Assembly (NCBI GenBank): GCA_051252135.1
Contig: JBPOGH010000022.1
Coordinates: forward strand, 1-57,939
DNA: 57,939 nt
Direction of reading: 5' to 3'
Source: Verrucomicrobiaceae bacterium
GTDB lineage: Bacteria > Verrucomicrobiota > Verrucomicrobiia > Verrucomicrobiales > Akkermansiaceae
Under the pieces are notes generated by a model. It searched no databases and was not told where the DNA came from. It was given only the letters and a program-made list of their open reading frames with translations. The translations under genes were made by a program, and so were the position numbers. Positions 37,306-47,991 of this stretch are shown one piece after another (position 1 is the stretch's first letter; the number at the start of each line of letters is the position of its first letter).

Positions 37306-40300
37306 TTAGGGGAGGGTGACGATGAGGCGGTAGTAGCGCTCGGGGAGGTCGGTGGCGGTGAGGCTGCTGAGGAGGTTGACGGAGTAGGTGCCGTCGGGGT
37401 TTTGGGTGGGTTGTCCGGTGGGGGTGAGGTCTCCGGCGGCGGTCCAGTCGATGAGGTTGGTGGAGGCCTCGACGGTGTAGTTGAGTTCTTGCACCGCGAG
37501 GCGTTGGCGGTGGGTGAAGGTGATGGTGCCTCCGTCATTGCTGACGATGGGGGTGACTTGTTCATTCAGGTCGCGGCCGAGGGCGTAGGCGAGGATGTTG
37601 CTGAGTCCGGTGTTTCCGTATTCGGCGCTGGAGTCGGTGAATCCGTTGTCGGCCATCCAGGAGCTGAAGCCATCGCTGGATTCGAGGAGCATGGCGTAGT
37701 CGAAGCTGGCTTCGAGGGATTGTTCCTGCTCGGTGGAGGCGAAGACGCCGCCGGAGCTGAAGGTGGTGCCGGCAGGGAGGGTGATTTGGGTGATCTCGGT
37801 GATGGCGCCTTCATCGATGGAGTAGAAGGTGAGGAGGCTTCCGCGGCGTTCGATGCGCACGGTGGCGATGTCCTTATGATACTCGGGTCCGGTGGCGAGG
37901 ACGTCGGAATTTCCGACGGGGCTGACGCGGAGGGCGGCGAGGTGGGTGCCGTCCTTGAATCCGACGCCGTAGCGGAAGATGTTTCCGCTCTGGTTCGCTT
38001 CAACGAGGAGTCCGGCGTAGAACTGGCCGAACTGGACTTTTTCGAGTTTGACCTCGGTCTGGATGATCCAGTCTCCGGAGGGAAGCGGGCGTCTGATCCA
38101 GGGGTGGATGGTGCTGTTGAGGTCGATGGGCGGTCCGCCGAGGTCGTTGGCGGAGATGTCCATGTTGATGCCGAAGACGAGGTCCGAGCTGCCGGCGCTT
38201 TCATTGTGAACTTCGGCGGCGAGGACGTTGGTGCCCTGGACGAGGGCGCTGGAGACATCGACGACGAGGATGTCGTGTTCGATTTCGTCTTCAATGAGGA
38301 GTTTGTCGCCGAGGGTGTTGGAGTCGATGACGCCCTCGGGGAGGCGGACGTTTCCGATGACCTGGCCGTTGAGGTAGTAGCGGACTCCGTCATCGACGAC
38401 GTGATCGATGCTGAGGACGGCTCCGATGGGGTCTTTGTCGAACTCGAAGGTGGTGCGGAAGTAGTAGGTGACGAGGCCGTTAAAGAAGTCGCGCACGAGG
38501 GTGTCGGTTTGCATTCCGGGGGCGGGGAGTCCGCTCTCGTTGAAGCCGAGGAATCCGGGGCCGGAGGGCCAGAGGGAGTCGTCGAAATTTGGCTGGGCGA
38601 AGATGCCGGTGAGTTCGGCATTTGAGGAGTCATCATGCTTCCAGACGGACCCGAACTGGATGTAGTTTACGGGAGGGGGAAGTTGAAGTGGCGGGAGGCC
38701 GAGCGGGGTGTGGGACGGGGGGATGTTGATGGTGAGGCGTCCGGCGTGGTCCTGCAGGGTGTAGTGGGGTCCGGTGGATGAGTTGCCGTGTTTCTCAGCC
38801 TTGAAGGGGGTCCAGAAGGCTTCGAGGGCGGGATCACCGAAGGTGGAGAAGTCCGTATCGCCGGAGACGGAGACGCCGATGGTGCGTTCACCGATTTGGG
38901 CGGCGCTGTCTGTGGTGGCGGCGGTGACGAGGTAGTAGCCGGGCTTGGTGAAGGTGATGGCGGCGGTGGTGCCGGTGGGGACGATGGTTACGCCGGTGTC
39001 CGGGACGGATTGCCAGGTGAAGGTGAGGGCGTCGCCCTCGGGATCGAAGCTCGCCATGGCATCGAGATTGAGAGTCTCGCTGAGGGTGAGGTTGAGTGAC
39101 TTGGGCGAGGAGTCGATCTTGACGATGGGAGGGGCGTTGTTGGTCTTGGTGATGGTGAACTGGACGGTGTCGACGATTTTTCCATCGTGGTCGAGGCCTT
39201 CGAGGGTGATGGTGTTGGAACCTTGTTTGAGCGGGATTCCGGAGAGTTCCCACTCGGTGGTGTCGGTCCAGGTGAATGTTTCTCCGGCGACGCCGAGGGC
39301 GCGGATGCGGAAGATGGTGGGAGGAGCGGTGCCCTCGAGGGTGATGATATCGTTTGTGGTGGCGCCATTTCCGGTGGTGACGGCGAAATTGGTGGCGGCG
39401 TTGCTGGCTCCGATGAAGTTGCGGGCGAGTTGTTCGCGGCTGTTGAACCAGCCGGTGTAGTGTGCCTGGTCCATGACGATGGGGGTGCCTGACACGGCGT
39501 CTGCCTCGGCCTGCATCCAGGCGGCGGTGCGTGCGGATCCCTTGGTGTGCTCGTTGAGGAGCTTGGTCATGTAGTAGTACATCTGGCGGCGGACGAAGGG
39601 TTGGGCAAAGTATTTGCTGACACCGGTGCGGCCTCCGAGGATGGCTTGGTTGGTGCGTTCGAAGACGCGGTCACCATCCCAGTGGATGAGCATCCAGCCC
39701 TTGCCCTCTTTGGGGCGATAGAGGTAGGCGTTCTTACCCCGGTCGACGGTGATGGTGTCCCAATCGGCATCATATCCGCGGACGGTGGCATTGAGGGCGA
39801 GGCTGTCGGCATCGGCGATGCGGTTGAGGATGTGTTCGTCGGTCTTGTTCTCGTCGAGGGTGCGGGTGAGCTCGATGAAGGAGCCGTAGTCGTAGTCATT
39901 TTCCCGGGTGCGCATGATCCACTCGCTGTGGTAGGCGATGGGGTTTTCGGTGTCTTTGTAGGACCAGTCGGCATTGCGGCTTACGCGGGATTCGCCGTTG
40001 TCGGAAGTGAAGCGCCATTCGTCGTCGATACGGAGGAGGGTGCCATCGGTTCCGTCTTCGAAGTTGCGATTGAGGAAGTCATTTGAGATGGGCTCGTGGT
40101 TTTCACGGACTCTGAAACCATCGTCATTGATGACGGAGTGGACGAATTCCATTTCGCTGGTGGGGGCACCAAGTTGGTAGAGGAAGTAGCGGGCGACGCG
40201 GTCGTCATAGTAGCGGGGGGTGTTGTCATCCTGCATGGTGCCGGAGGGGTCGATGACGCTGCGGCGGCGGTCGCGGAAGAGGCGGTCACCCGGGAGCTTC

Positions 40301-42741
40301 CATTTTCCGTGGGAAAGGTTGGAGTTGGTGGAGCGGGTGAAGGGGCTGCCGCTTTTACGGATTTCGGCGTTGTAGTAGATTTCGGTTTCGTTGGCGATGA
40401 AGGTGGCATTGAAGAAGTGGTTCGACATGCGGGGGAACTTGTAATCGAAGGTGGCTCCGCCTCCGGTGCCGGTGGTGAGGGCGGCGCGGTCGTACTCCGA
40501 GACGACGAAGCGCTCGCGGAGCAATTTGTCGGGCATGGAGCGGCTATCGACGATCCACATGGCGGGGCGGTTGGCTCCGAAGCGGGGCTGGGTGGTGAGG
40601 ATGCCGCCGGCGTTGGCCTCGACGTAGAACTGGATGATGTTTCCCTGGGATCTGAATTGGGGGACGCTGGTGGAGTAGAGTCCGTTTCCGGTGTCGGTCA
40701 TGGTGGCACGCTGCCAGGTGCCGGTGCCGGTGTTGTTATCGAGGCGGTAAACGAGGTCGACGCTGGTGAGGGTGGCGGCGGAATCGATCTGGGCGGTGAC
40801 GGTGACGGTATCAGAGGGGGAGGGGACCGCGGGGCTGTGGATGACGCCGGAGACGGTGGGTGCGGCGGAGGGAAGGGTGGCGGAATTTGGAGCACCTGGG
40901 GTGCCGAGATTGGCGGGGACGGGGAGGAGGAAGCTGGTTCCGAATCCGTGGTCGAGGGTTTGGAAGATGATGCGGGATTTTCCGCTGACCCAGCGGGCAT
41001 CGAAGGTGAGGGTGTAGCTCTCGCCGACGGTGAAGGCGGAGGTGTCGACCTCGGCGCGGTTGGCTTTGTTGTCGCCATGGCCATCGGCGATGAGGTTGAG
41101 TTGGCCATTGTCGAAGAAGCTGGCCCAGTGGGTGCCCTGGCAGACCCAGCCTTTACCGCTGTCCTGATCGGGGGACATGATGGCCGGGTTTTGGACGAGG
41201 TTGGCCCCGTTGTTGCCTTTTTTGACTTCAATGTTTTCGAGGATGACGTGTGAGTCACCGACGAGGTGGGTGTGGAGTTCCTGGGCCTGGTTGTTGAGGG
41301 AGTTCCAGGGTTGTTGGCGGAAGTCCTCGGTGAAGGAGAAGGTCTGCATGGTGGACTTCTGGCTTTCGTCGCTGTCTGCCCAGGCGGTGGCGACGTTGTT
41401 GTCCATGTCGGGGTGGCGGAGTTCCATGCTGGAGCCGTCGCCATCGGCGAGGTTGGGCCAGTCGCCCTCGGGGAGGTAGTCGACTTCATCGGCGAGGTTG
41501 CCGTTGGCGTCGATGAGGCGGATGAGCTCGCCGCGGTCGCGGAGGCCGCCGCTCCAGTCACCGATGACGGGGATGCCGGGGTTTCCATCGAGGAGGCAGG
41601 TGGCATCGGCAGCGATGACGAGGTAGTCATCTGAGGCGATGGTGGTGCCGGCGGGGAAGTCGAAGCTGATGCCGCTGGTGAACTTCCAGCCGCTGAGGTC
41701 GATGGTGGCGTTGGTGCGGTTGTAGAGTTCGATGTATTCGCCGGTGCCCTGATCGGAGGGGGCGTCGAACATGATTTCGTTGATGACGATGCCGGTCTCG
41801 CGGGCGGAGGGGTTATTGGGGGCGTCTTTGGTGTGTCCGGGGCCGCCGTAGAATTCGCCGTCGACGAGCTGGAAGGATTCTTCGGCGAGGTCGCGGTCGA
41901 GGCGGGCGGCGCTGAGGACGGTGGGTCCGCCGGAGAGGAAGATATTGATGTCGCCATTTACATCCGGGGTGAAGACGGCGGGGAAGCTGAGGTATCCGCC
42001 GGCGGGGATGGTGCCGGAGAGGGAGACGGCATCGGAGAGGGTTTTTTTGGAGGAGAGTTTGAAGGGGGAAGCGGTGACGGGGCTGCCATTGGGATTGTGG
42101 AGCTCGATCCAGTCGGTGTTTCCGTTGGTTCCGAAGTGGACCTCGGAGATGACGAGGAGGGAGGAGGTGGAGATGACGTTATCCTCGCCGGGAGTGCCGT
42201 TGATGGTGGTGCTGGCGGCCCAGTTGCGCCATTCGCGGTTGGAAAGGTTGGGGTTGATGCGGGAGAGGGTGTGTCCGGTGCCGTCGGCGCTGGCGGGCCA
42301 TTTGCCGCCGTCGTTGTAGTCGACGGTGGTCATGATGATGCCATTTTTATTGCTGAGGGTGAGGGTTTCGCCGGAATTGCTGAGGGCTCCGGTGTAGGGG
42401 CCGAAAATGCGGACTCCGGCGGGGATGGAGGGGTAGGCGGCGCGGAGGTCGGCCCCGGAGACGGGGGAGACGAGGATGGTCTCGAAGGGGAGGAAGATGT
42501 GGGCGTCGGTGTCGGCGGGGTTGAAGTCGGGGAAGGTGTAGTCGATGCCATCCGAGAAGAACCAGGTGCCCATGTCGAGGGGGGTTCCGGTGTTGTTTTT
42601 GACCTCGATGAACTCGGGTTTGCCGGCTTGGGCGTTGTATTGGATCTCGGTGAAGATGACCTGTTCGGCCGAGGCGGAAATGGTCGAGAGAAGGGAGCCG
42701 ATGCCGAAGCAAAGGAGAGATGAGGTACGGAAGAAGTTCAT
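37306..42741 (-). CDS. Large secreted protein with lamin-tail domains, a CotH-kinase-like domain and PKD/Ig-like domains
   Basis: Repeated (F/I)(T/S/N)EI.Y/F..EFIE/EYIELYN LTD motifs, KNAYLY..WDGD CotH-like region, ASFDPEGDALTFTW PKD motif; 1811 aa. Confidence 0.85.
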   Translation of the reverse strand: MNFFRTSSLLCFGIGSLLSTISASAEQVIFTEIQYNAQAGKPEFIEVKNNTGTPLDMGTWFFSDGIDYTFPDFNPADTDAHIFLPFETILVSPVSGADLRAAYPSIPAGVRIFGPYTGALSNSGETLTLSNKNGIIMTTVDYNDGGKWPASADGTGHTLSRINPNLSNREWRNWAASTTINGTPGEDNVISTSSLLVISEVHFGTNGNTDWIELHNPNGSPVTASPFKLSSKKTLSDAVSLSGTIPAGGYLSFPAVFTPDVNGDINIFLSGGPTVLSAARLDRDLAEESFQLVDGEFYGGPGHTKDAPNNPSARETGIVINEIMFDAPSDQGTGEYIELYNRTNATIDLSGWKFTSGISFDFPAGTTIASDDYLVIAADATCLLDGNPGIPVIGDWSGGLRDRGELIRLIDANGNLADEVDYLPEGDWPNLADGDGSSMELRHPDMDNNVATAWADSDESQKSTMQTFSFTEDFRQQPWNSLNNQAQELHTHLVGDSHVILENIEVKKGNNGANLVQNPAIMSPDQDSGKGWVCQGTHWASFFDNGQLNLIADGHGDNKANRAEVDTSAFTVGESYTLTFDARWVSGKSRIIFQTLDHGFGTSFLLPVPANLGTPGAPNSATLPSAAPTVSGVIHSPAVPSPSDTVTVTAQIDSAATLTSVDLVYRLDNNTGTGTWQRATMTDTGNGLYSTSVPQFRSQGNIIQFYVEANAGGILTTQPRFGANRPAMWIVDSRSMPDKLLRERFVVSEYDRAALTTGTGGGATFDYKFPRMSNHFFNATFIANETEIYYNAEIRKSGSPFTRSTNSNLSHGKWKLPGDRLFRDRRRSVIDPSGTMQDDNTPRYYDDRVARYFLYQLGAPTSEMEFVHSVINDDGFRVRENHEPISNDFLNRNFEDGTDGTLLRIDDEWRFTSDNGESRVSRNADWSYKDTENPIAYHSEWIMRTRENDYDYGSFIELTRTLDENKTDEHILNRIADADSLALNATVRGYDADWDTITVDRGKNAYLYRPKEGKGWMLIHWDGDRVFERTNQAILGGRTGVSKYFAQPFVRRQMYYYMTKLLNEHTKGSARTAAWMQAEADAVSGTPIVMDQAHYTGWFNSREQLARNFIGASNAATNFAVTTGNGATTNDIITLEGTAPPTIFRIRALGVAGETFTWTDTTEWELSGIPLKQGSNTITLEGLDHDGKIVDTVQFTITKTNNAPPIVKIDSSPKSLNLTLSETLNLDAMASFDPEGDALTFTWQSVPDTGVTIVPTGTTAAITFTKPGYYLVTAATTDSAAQIGERTIGVSVSGDTDFSTFGDPALEAFWTPFKAEKHGNSSTGPHYTLQDHAGRLTINIPPSHTPLGLPPLQLPPPVNYIQFGSVWKHDDSSNAELTGIFAQPNFDDSLWPSGPGFLGFNESGLPAPGMQTDTLVRDFFNGLVTYYFRTTFEFDKDPIGAVLSIDHVVDDGVRYYLNGQVIGNVRLPEGVIDSNTLGDKLLIEDEIEHDILVVDVSSALVQGTNVLAAEVHNESAGSSDLVFGINMDISANDLGGPPIDLNSTIHPWIRRPLPSGDWIIQTEVKLEKVQFGQFYAGLLVEANQSGNIFRYGVGFKDGTHLAALRVSPVGNSDVLATGPEYHKDIATVRIERRGSLLTFYSIDEGAITEITQITLPAGTTFSSGGVFASTEQEQSLEASFDYAMLLESSDGFSSWMADNGFTDSSAEYGNTGLSNILAYALGRDLNEQVTPIVSNDGGTITFTHRQRLAVQELNYTVEASTNLIDWTAAGDLTPTGQPTQNPDGTYSVNLLSSLTATDLPERYYRLIVTLP

Positions 42742-42767
42742 CGGATGTATTTAGTGTGTGCTAAAAA

Positions 42768-42795
42768 TCTAGGCCATTGGAGTCAATGGCCTAGA
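42768..42795. promoter_or_regulatory. Perfect 12-bp inverted repeat in a divergent intergenic region (operator or hairpin)
   Basis: TCTAGGCCATTG-GAGT-CAATGGCCTAGA, about 27 nt upstream of the 42741 start. Confidence 0.5.
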
Positions 42796-42980
42796 GTATG
42801 ACTCTAGCATGTCAATTTAGCACACCGGAAGGGGAAACTCCAGATTCGGGGGGAATTTCGGAATTGGGGGGAGGGATGGGGGGGGCCAGTGGGTCTCCAC
42901 GATTCTTTTGGGAGGGTTAATGAGGGGGCTGTAGTTCTGACTTCGTTTTTGGTGGGCGGGTGTTCAAAGTGGCGGGAGCG

Positions 42981-43535
42981 ATGATTGGTTTTAGTGTGGG
43001 AGTTTTGGTGGTGGTGGTTTTTGGGGTGCTGATTGGGGCACTGCTTTACAATCGGTTGGTCCGACTGCGGAACAAGGTGCGGGAAGGGTGGAGCGGGATG
43101 GAGGTGCAGCTGAAACGGCGGCATGATTTGATTCCATCGTTGGTGGAAGTGGTGAAGGGGTATGCCCGTCATGAGGGCGGGGTGTTGACGGAGGTGGTGA
43201 AGCAGCGGGGTGCGGCGGTGAAGGCCGAGGGGGTGGAGGCAGCGCGGAAGGCCGAGGATCAATTGGGCGGGGAGATGGGGAGGCTTTTTGCGTTGGTGGA
43301 GTCCTACCCGGAGCTCAAGGCGGATGCGAATTATCAGGATTTGATGAGTGAATTGGTGAACACCGAGGATGAGTTGCAGTATGCGCGGCGGTATTACAAC
43401 GGGGCGACGCGGGATTTGAATAATGCGGTGGAGAGCTTTCCTGGAAATTTGGTGGCCCGCTTTTTTGGGTTTCAGGCGAGTGCGTTTTTTGAGGTGAGTG
43501 AGGCTGCCGAGCGGATGGTTCCCAGGGTGTCATGA
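42981..43535 (+). CDS. lemA: LemA family protein
   Basis: YNRLVRLRN, QLKRRHDLIP, ESYPELKA, ARRYYN, FPGNLVA. Confidence 0.94.
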   Translation: MIGFSVGVLVVVVFGVLIGALLYNRLVRLRNKVREGWSGMEVQLKRRHDLIPSLVEVVKGYARHEGGVLTEVVKQRGAAVKAEGVEAARKAEDQLGGEMGRLFALVESYPELKADANYQDLMSELVNTEDELQYARRYYNGATRDLNNAVESFPGNLVARFFGFQASAFFEVSEAAERMVPRVS

Positions 43536-45427
43536 AGGTTGTATTTTTATTTCTCTTACTGGCTTCGGTGCTCTCCGGGGCCGAGAAGATCACGTCGTTT
43601 CATAGCCGGGTAACGGTGTTTCCCGACGGGTGGTTGGATGTGGTGGAAACGATTGTGGTGCGGGTTGAAGGGAAGGAGATCCGGCGCGGGATTTTTCGGG
43701 ATTTTCCCCAGACTTATCAAACGAGGTGGGGGTTTCGAGAGAAGCGTCCGTTTGAGGTGGAGAGTGTGACGCGGAATGGGAGGCGGGAGGCTCATCAGGT
43801 GAATCAAATCCAGATGGGCACGAGGGTTTTGATTGGGTCGGAAGACGTGATGCTTCCGCGCAATACCGAGCAGATTTATGAGATTCGATACCGGACGAGA
43901 TTTCAGCTGATTACGGGGGAGAATGGGGTGGATGAACTTTATTGGAATGTGACGGGAAATGAGTGGGGGTTTCCGATCGATCGGGTGTCGGCGGTGGTGG
44001 AGATACCATCGGGGATCACGATTCAAGAGGCCTTTGCCTGGACGGGTCCGGCGGGGGCCAAGGGGAGGGATTACACGAGTGACCACGAAGGGAATCGGGC
44101 AGTGTTTGAGAGCACGAAAGGGATGGGGAAAGGGGAGGGGATGACGGTGATTGTGAAGTGGCCCACCGGGTTGCTGGAGGCGGCGGCGTATGAAAAGCCG
44201 GGGCTTTTTGAGAGCAATCCGGGTTTGGTTACGGGGATGATGTTGGTGGGAGCGGGCTTGTTATTTTATGTGGTGATGTGGTTTTTGGTGGGGCGGGATC
44301 CGCCGAAAGGGGTGATTATTCCAAGGTGGGAGCCGCCGGAGGGGTTCACGCCGGGAGGGGTGCGGTATTTACGGAATCTGCGTTTTGACGATCTTTGTTT
44401 TAGCGCGGGATTGCTCGGTCTGGCGGCGGAGGGGCATCTGAAGATGGACGAGAAGAACGGGGAGTATTCCGTGACGAAGAAGGGAGGTCCTCCGCCGATG
44501 AGTCCGGTGGCGGGTGCGCTCTTTTCGAAACTATTTCGATACAAGAAGAAGGTGAGGCTGGTGACGTCGAATCACGCGACGATCAGTGGGGCGCGGACAG
44601 CCTTTGCCGAGGCGTTGGTGGGAAAGATCGACCGGAGCTATTTCCTGGCGAATTTTAATGCTTGGTTGCCGGGGATTACGTGTGGGTTGTTGGGGATGCT
44701 CTTTATGCTGATGGCGTCGGCAAATGGTGACGCTTCTTTTGTAGGTTTTTTTCTCTTTTTGGTGCTGATCTTCTCGACCTTTTCGCGTGTGAGCACACTC
44801 ATTACCCTGGCGCATTGCGGGGGGTGGAATGGTTTGAAGAATGGAATTAGAAGAAGGTGGGGGGTGTTGTTGTGCTGGGTGATTGGGTGGGGGATTTTGG
44901 CATACAGCACGGGGCTTTGGGTGGGGGTGTTTGGACTTTGGGTTTTTGTGTCGGGGGTGATCTTTCACAATCTGATTAAGCGGCCGACGAAGAAGGGGCG
45001 GCGGATCATGGATGAGATTGAGGGATTTCGGGAGTACCTCAAGGTGGCCGAGGAGGATCGGTTGAATCTGGAGAATCCGCCTGAGAAGACGCCGGAACTT
45101 TTTGAGAAGTTTCTGCCGTTCGCGCTCGCGTTGGATGTGGAGCAGGAGTGGAGCGAGAAGTTTGATGAGGTTCTCAGGGCTGCCGGGAAGGCTGAAGGCA
45201 GCACGTCAAGAGGATCGGGATATCAACCGAGCTATTACACGGGTGATTTTTCGAGAGGCAGCCAGGCGCTGACGGCGGCGGCATTGGGGGGAGCGCTGAC
45301 GTCGGCTTTGACATCGGCCGCGGTGGCTCCGAGTTCGACCGGGTCATCGGGCGGTGGTTTTTCGTCGGGTGGCGGTGGTGGATTTTCCGGTGGGGGCGGA
45401 GGAGGCGGCGGGGGCGGTGGATGGTAG
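43532..45427 (+). CDS. DUF2207 membrane protein
   Basis: RRGIFRDFP, DELYWNVTGNEW, FEKFLPFALALDVEQEW, C-terminal GGGGGGGW; coupled to lemA. Confidence 0.93.
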   Translation: MKVVFLFLLLASVLSGAEKITSFHSRVTVFPDGWLDVVETIVVRVEGKEIRRGIFRDFPQTYQTRWGFREKRPFEVESVTRNGRREAHQVNQIQMGTRVLIGSEDVMLPRNTEQIYEIRYRTRFQLITGENGVDELYWNVTGNEWGFPIDRVSAVVEIPSGITIQEAFAWTGPAGAKGRDYTSDHEGNRAVFESTKGMGKGEGMTVIVKWPTGLLEAAAYEKPGLFESNPGLVTGMMLVGAGLLFYVVMWFLVGRDPPKGVIIPRWEPPEGFTPGGVRYLRNLRFDDLCFSAGLLGLAAEGHLKMDEKNGEYSVTKKGGPPPMSPVAGALFSKLFRYKKKVRLVTSNHATISGARTAFAEALVGKIDRSYFLANFNAWLPGITCGLLGMLFMLMASANGDASFVGFFLFLVLIFSTFSRVSTLITLAHCGGWNGLKNGIRRRWGVLLCWVIGWGILAYSTGLWVGVFGLWVFVSGVIFHNLIKRPTKKGRRIMDEIEGFREYLKVAEEDRLNLENPPEKTPELFEKFLPFALALDVEQEWSEKFDEVLRAAGKAEGSTSRGSGYQPSYYTGDFSRGSQALTAAALGGALTSALTSAAVAPSSTGSSGGGFSSGGGGGFSGGGGGGGGGGGW

Positions 45428-45506
45428 AGGGGGCTTTAGAGGTTGGATTTTCGCCGGGGTGTTCGCCCTGCTTTTGCGGTAGACGTTTCCCGAAGGGGGT
45501 ACTTCT

Positions 45507-47117
45507 TTATGGCTGGAGGAGGACGAGGCGGTAGAAGCGGTAGGCGTCGGGGAGGGGGTAGGTGCGGGAGATGGGGGTTCCGGTTCCGGTGATGGTTTCG
45601 ACGAGGGTCCAGTTGTCTGCTTCGAGGTCGGGGTTGGTGAAGATTTGGTAGGTGGTGTTGGGGGTGGTGGGGAAGGTGAGGATGGCTTGGGTGGAGTCGC
45701 CGGTGAGGTTGAGGAGGCCGTCGATCCTCTCCGAGATTTGGACGAGGGAGAGATCATCGAAGTAGACCGAGCCGCCATCGAAGAGGGGTTGTCGGAAGAC
45801 GGCCTGGTAACGGACGGAGGTGGTTCCGGCGGGGGCGATCATTTCATTGACGGGGCCGATGAGGTTGTAGGTGGTGGGGTGGTATTGTTTGTCGATGGGG
45901 AGATCGATCCATTGACCGGGGGTGAAGTTTCCGGGGGTGAGGGTGTCGGAGCGGTAGAGGCCGATGATGTCGTTATTTGAATCGCGGAAGCTTACTTCGA
46001 GCCAGGCGCTGTTGGTTCCGGTGAGTAGGTCCTGGGGGTGGCTGAGGGCCCATCCGTTAGCGGTCCAGCGGGAGCCGGGGGAGGCGGGGCGGGTTTGGTG
46101 GAAGCCGTTGTAGTTTTCGGCTCCGCTGAAGTCTCCGAAGACCTTGATGACGTAGTCGCCGGAGCGGGTTTGGACGGGGTCGCCTCCGGGGTTTCCGCCG
46201 TTGTAGTAGGTGTTTGCGGCGGATTCGAGGTAGCCGCCGAGGTCGTTGGCGCCGCCTTGTGAGTAGCCGACCCACGGGGAGAGTTGGTTGGATTCGAAGC
46301 CGGGGTTTTCGATTTCTTCCGGGTTGATGGTGAGTTCGGTGGTGGGCTGGTAGACGCGGACGTAGTCGACGAGCATTTGCTTGGGGAAGGAGACGCTTCC
46401 ACCGACGGGGCCACCGAAGTCTCCTCCGACGGCGACATTGAGGATGAGGAAGAAGGGGTGGTCGAAGGGGAAGGCATTGGGGGCGACATCGGCGGGGGTG
46501 GCGGTGTGGTAATGGATGTCATCGACATACCAGCGGATTTCATCGGGTTCCCATTCGACGACGTAGGTGTGGTAGTCATCGGGGACGGGAGTGGCGAAGG
46601 TGTGGGTGTTGCCGAAGCTATTGCCAGCGGAGTAGCCGGGGCCGTGGATGGTGCCGAAGACTTCGTTGGGGAGGCGTCCGACGAATTCCATGATGTCGAT
46701 CTCGCCGCAGTGAGGCCAGCTGACGGTGTCGATATCATTTCCGAGGGTCCAGAAGGCGGGCCACAATCCTTGTCCGGCGGGGACTTTAATACGGGCTTCG
46801 AAGCGGCCGTAGGCTTGTTCGAATTTTCCCTTGGTGAGGAGGCGGGCGGAAGAGTAGCCGTAGCCGCTGATGTTTTCTTCGCGGACCTCGATCACGAGCT
46901 CGTTGTTTTGGACGCGCGCGTTGTTGGTGCTGTTGGTGTAGTATTGAAGCTCGTTGTTTCCCCAGCCGCCGCCTCCGAGATCGAAGCCCCATTTCGCAGA
47001 ATCCGGTGCGGTGCCATTGACCTGGGTGAATTCATCGGACCAGGTGAGGGTCCAGCCGGGGAGGGCTTGTGCGCTGAGGGTGGTTGGAAAGAAGAGGAGC
47101 AGGAAAAGAAATTTCAT
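45507..47117 (-). CDS. Glycoside hydrolase family 16 (laminarinase-like) with a CBM-like domain and C-terminal tail
   Basis: ATG at 47117; WSDEF, WGNNELQYY, GLWPAFW, catalytic EIDIME. Confidence 0.93.
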   Translation of the reverse strand: MKFLFLLLFFPTTLSAQALPGWTLTWSDEFTQVNGTAPDSAKWGFDLGGGGWGNNELQYYTNSTNNARVQNNELVIEVREENISGYGYSSARLLTKGKFEQAYGRFEARIKVPAGQGLWPAFWTLGNDIDTVSWPHCGEIDIMEFVGRLPNEVFGTIHGPGYSAGNSFGNTHTFATPVPDDYHTYVVEWEPDEIRWYVDDIHYHTATPADVAPNAFPFDHPFFLILNVAVGGDFGGPVGGSVSFPKQMLVDYVRVYQPTTELTINPEEIENPGFESNQLSPWVGYSQGGANDLGGYLESAANTYYNGGNPGGDPVQTRSGDYVIKVFGDFSGAENYNGFHQTRPASPGSRWTANGWALSHPQDLLTGTNSAWLEVSFRDSNNDIIGLYRSDTLTPGNFTPGQWIDLPIDKQYHPTTYNLIGPVNEMIAPAGTTSVRYQAVFRQPLFDGGSVYFDDLSLVQISERIDGLLNLTGDSTQAILTFPTTPNTTYQIFTNPDLEADNWTLVETITGTGTPISRTYPLPDAYRFYRLVLLQP

Positions 47118-47211
47118 GACGGGTTTCCCAGGATCGCGGATGGGCGCGAGGAAGCCAATCAGAAATTGCATTAATTTGCACCTTTAAAGAGTGCCCGGGT
47201 ATTTCCGGAAG

Positions 47212-47841
47212 CTAGCGTCTTCTTTTCCCCAGAAAGAGGCCGAGGGCGAGGAGGGGGAGGAGGGAGGTGGAGGGTTCCGGGACGGCGGTGGCGTTGATGA
47301 GGATTTGGGGGGCGTTGGAGAGGCTGCCGACGACGACTCCCGATTGGCGGGCCTGGACTTCCTGAATGGTCCAGAGTCCGGAGGCCTGGTTGTTGGGGGT
47401 GGTTGTGACGGCGTAGTCGCCATCGCCCGCGGGAACGTGGAGGTAGATCCAGAAGTCGGTGAGGGGAGCGAGGGTGATGGTGGATCCGGGGGTGTAGTTG
47501 ACGGTGGTATTGGCGGGTGAGGTGTTGGCGCTGACCAAGGGGGTGGAGGTGGTGGATCCGCCGCCATAGGGTGAGCCGGCGGTGATGAGCTCGACTTCTA
47601 CCGGGGAGAATCCGAACCCGAAGGGAGCGCCCCATTTGATATCGAGGTCGTCGAGGCGCCAATGTTGGTTGTCGGTGCGGAGTTGGACGGCGATGGATTC
47701 ATCGGGGAAGATGATGGCGTCGGGACCGGTGACAAAGGAGGTTCCGGTGGATCCGCTGAGGGATTGGAAGGTGACGGTGGCCTGAAGGGGGGACAGGGCG
47801 AGGGGGAGGAGGGCTGAAATCAGGGTGAGTGATTGGTTCAT
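47212..47841 (-). CDS. PEP-CTERM protein
   Basis: Signal peptide; C-terminal VPEPSTSLL-TM-KRRR. Confidence 0.9.
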   Translation of the reverse strand: MNQSLTLISALLPLALSPLQATVTFQSLSGSTGTSFVTGPDAIIFPDESIAVQLRTDNQHWRLDDLDIKWGAPFGFGFSPVEVELITAGSPYGGGSTTSTPLVSANTSPANTTVNYTPGSTITLAPLTDFWIYLHVPAGDGDYAVTTTPNNQASGLWTIQEVQARQSGVVVGSLSNAPQILINATAVPEPSTSLLPLLALGLFLGKRRR

Positions 47842-47991
47842 ACACCGGGATCTATTCCGTTTGAGGGAAAAGGATTCGTTGTTTTTTGGGGAATTTTGGG
47901 GCGAGGAGATGGGGTCGCCGATGATGGCGAAGGGGGCGGCATGGGGGGGCGCAGGGTTGGAAACGCGCGATCCTTATTTAGAGGCCTGATT

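Noticed and set aside
24831..37565. Long N-terminal extensions in the ORF track for the sulfatases (26468, 36558), VOC (27632) and MATE (37565)
   Set aside because: The extensions overlap neighbouring genes or repeats and are low-complexity; downstream ATGs give proper signal peptides or family starts.
42981..45427. lemA-DUF2207 operon as a novel system
   Set aside because: A widespread, well-known gene pair.
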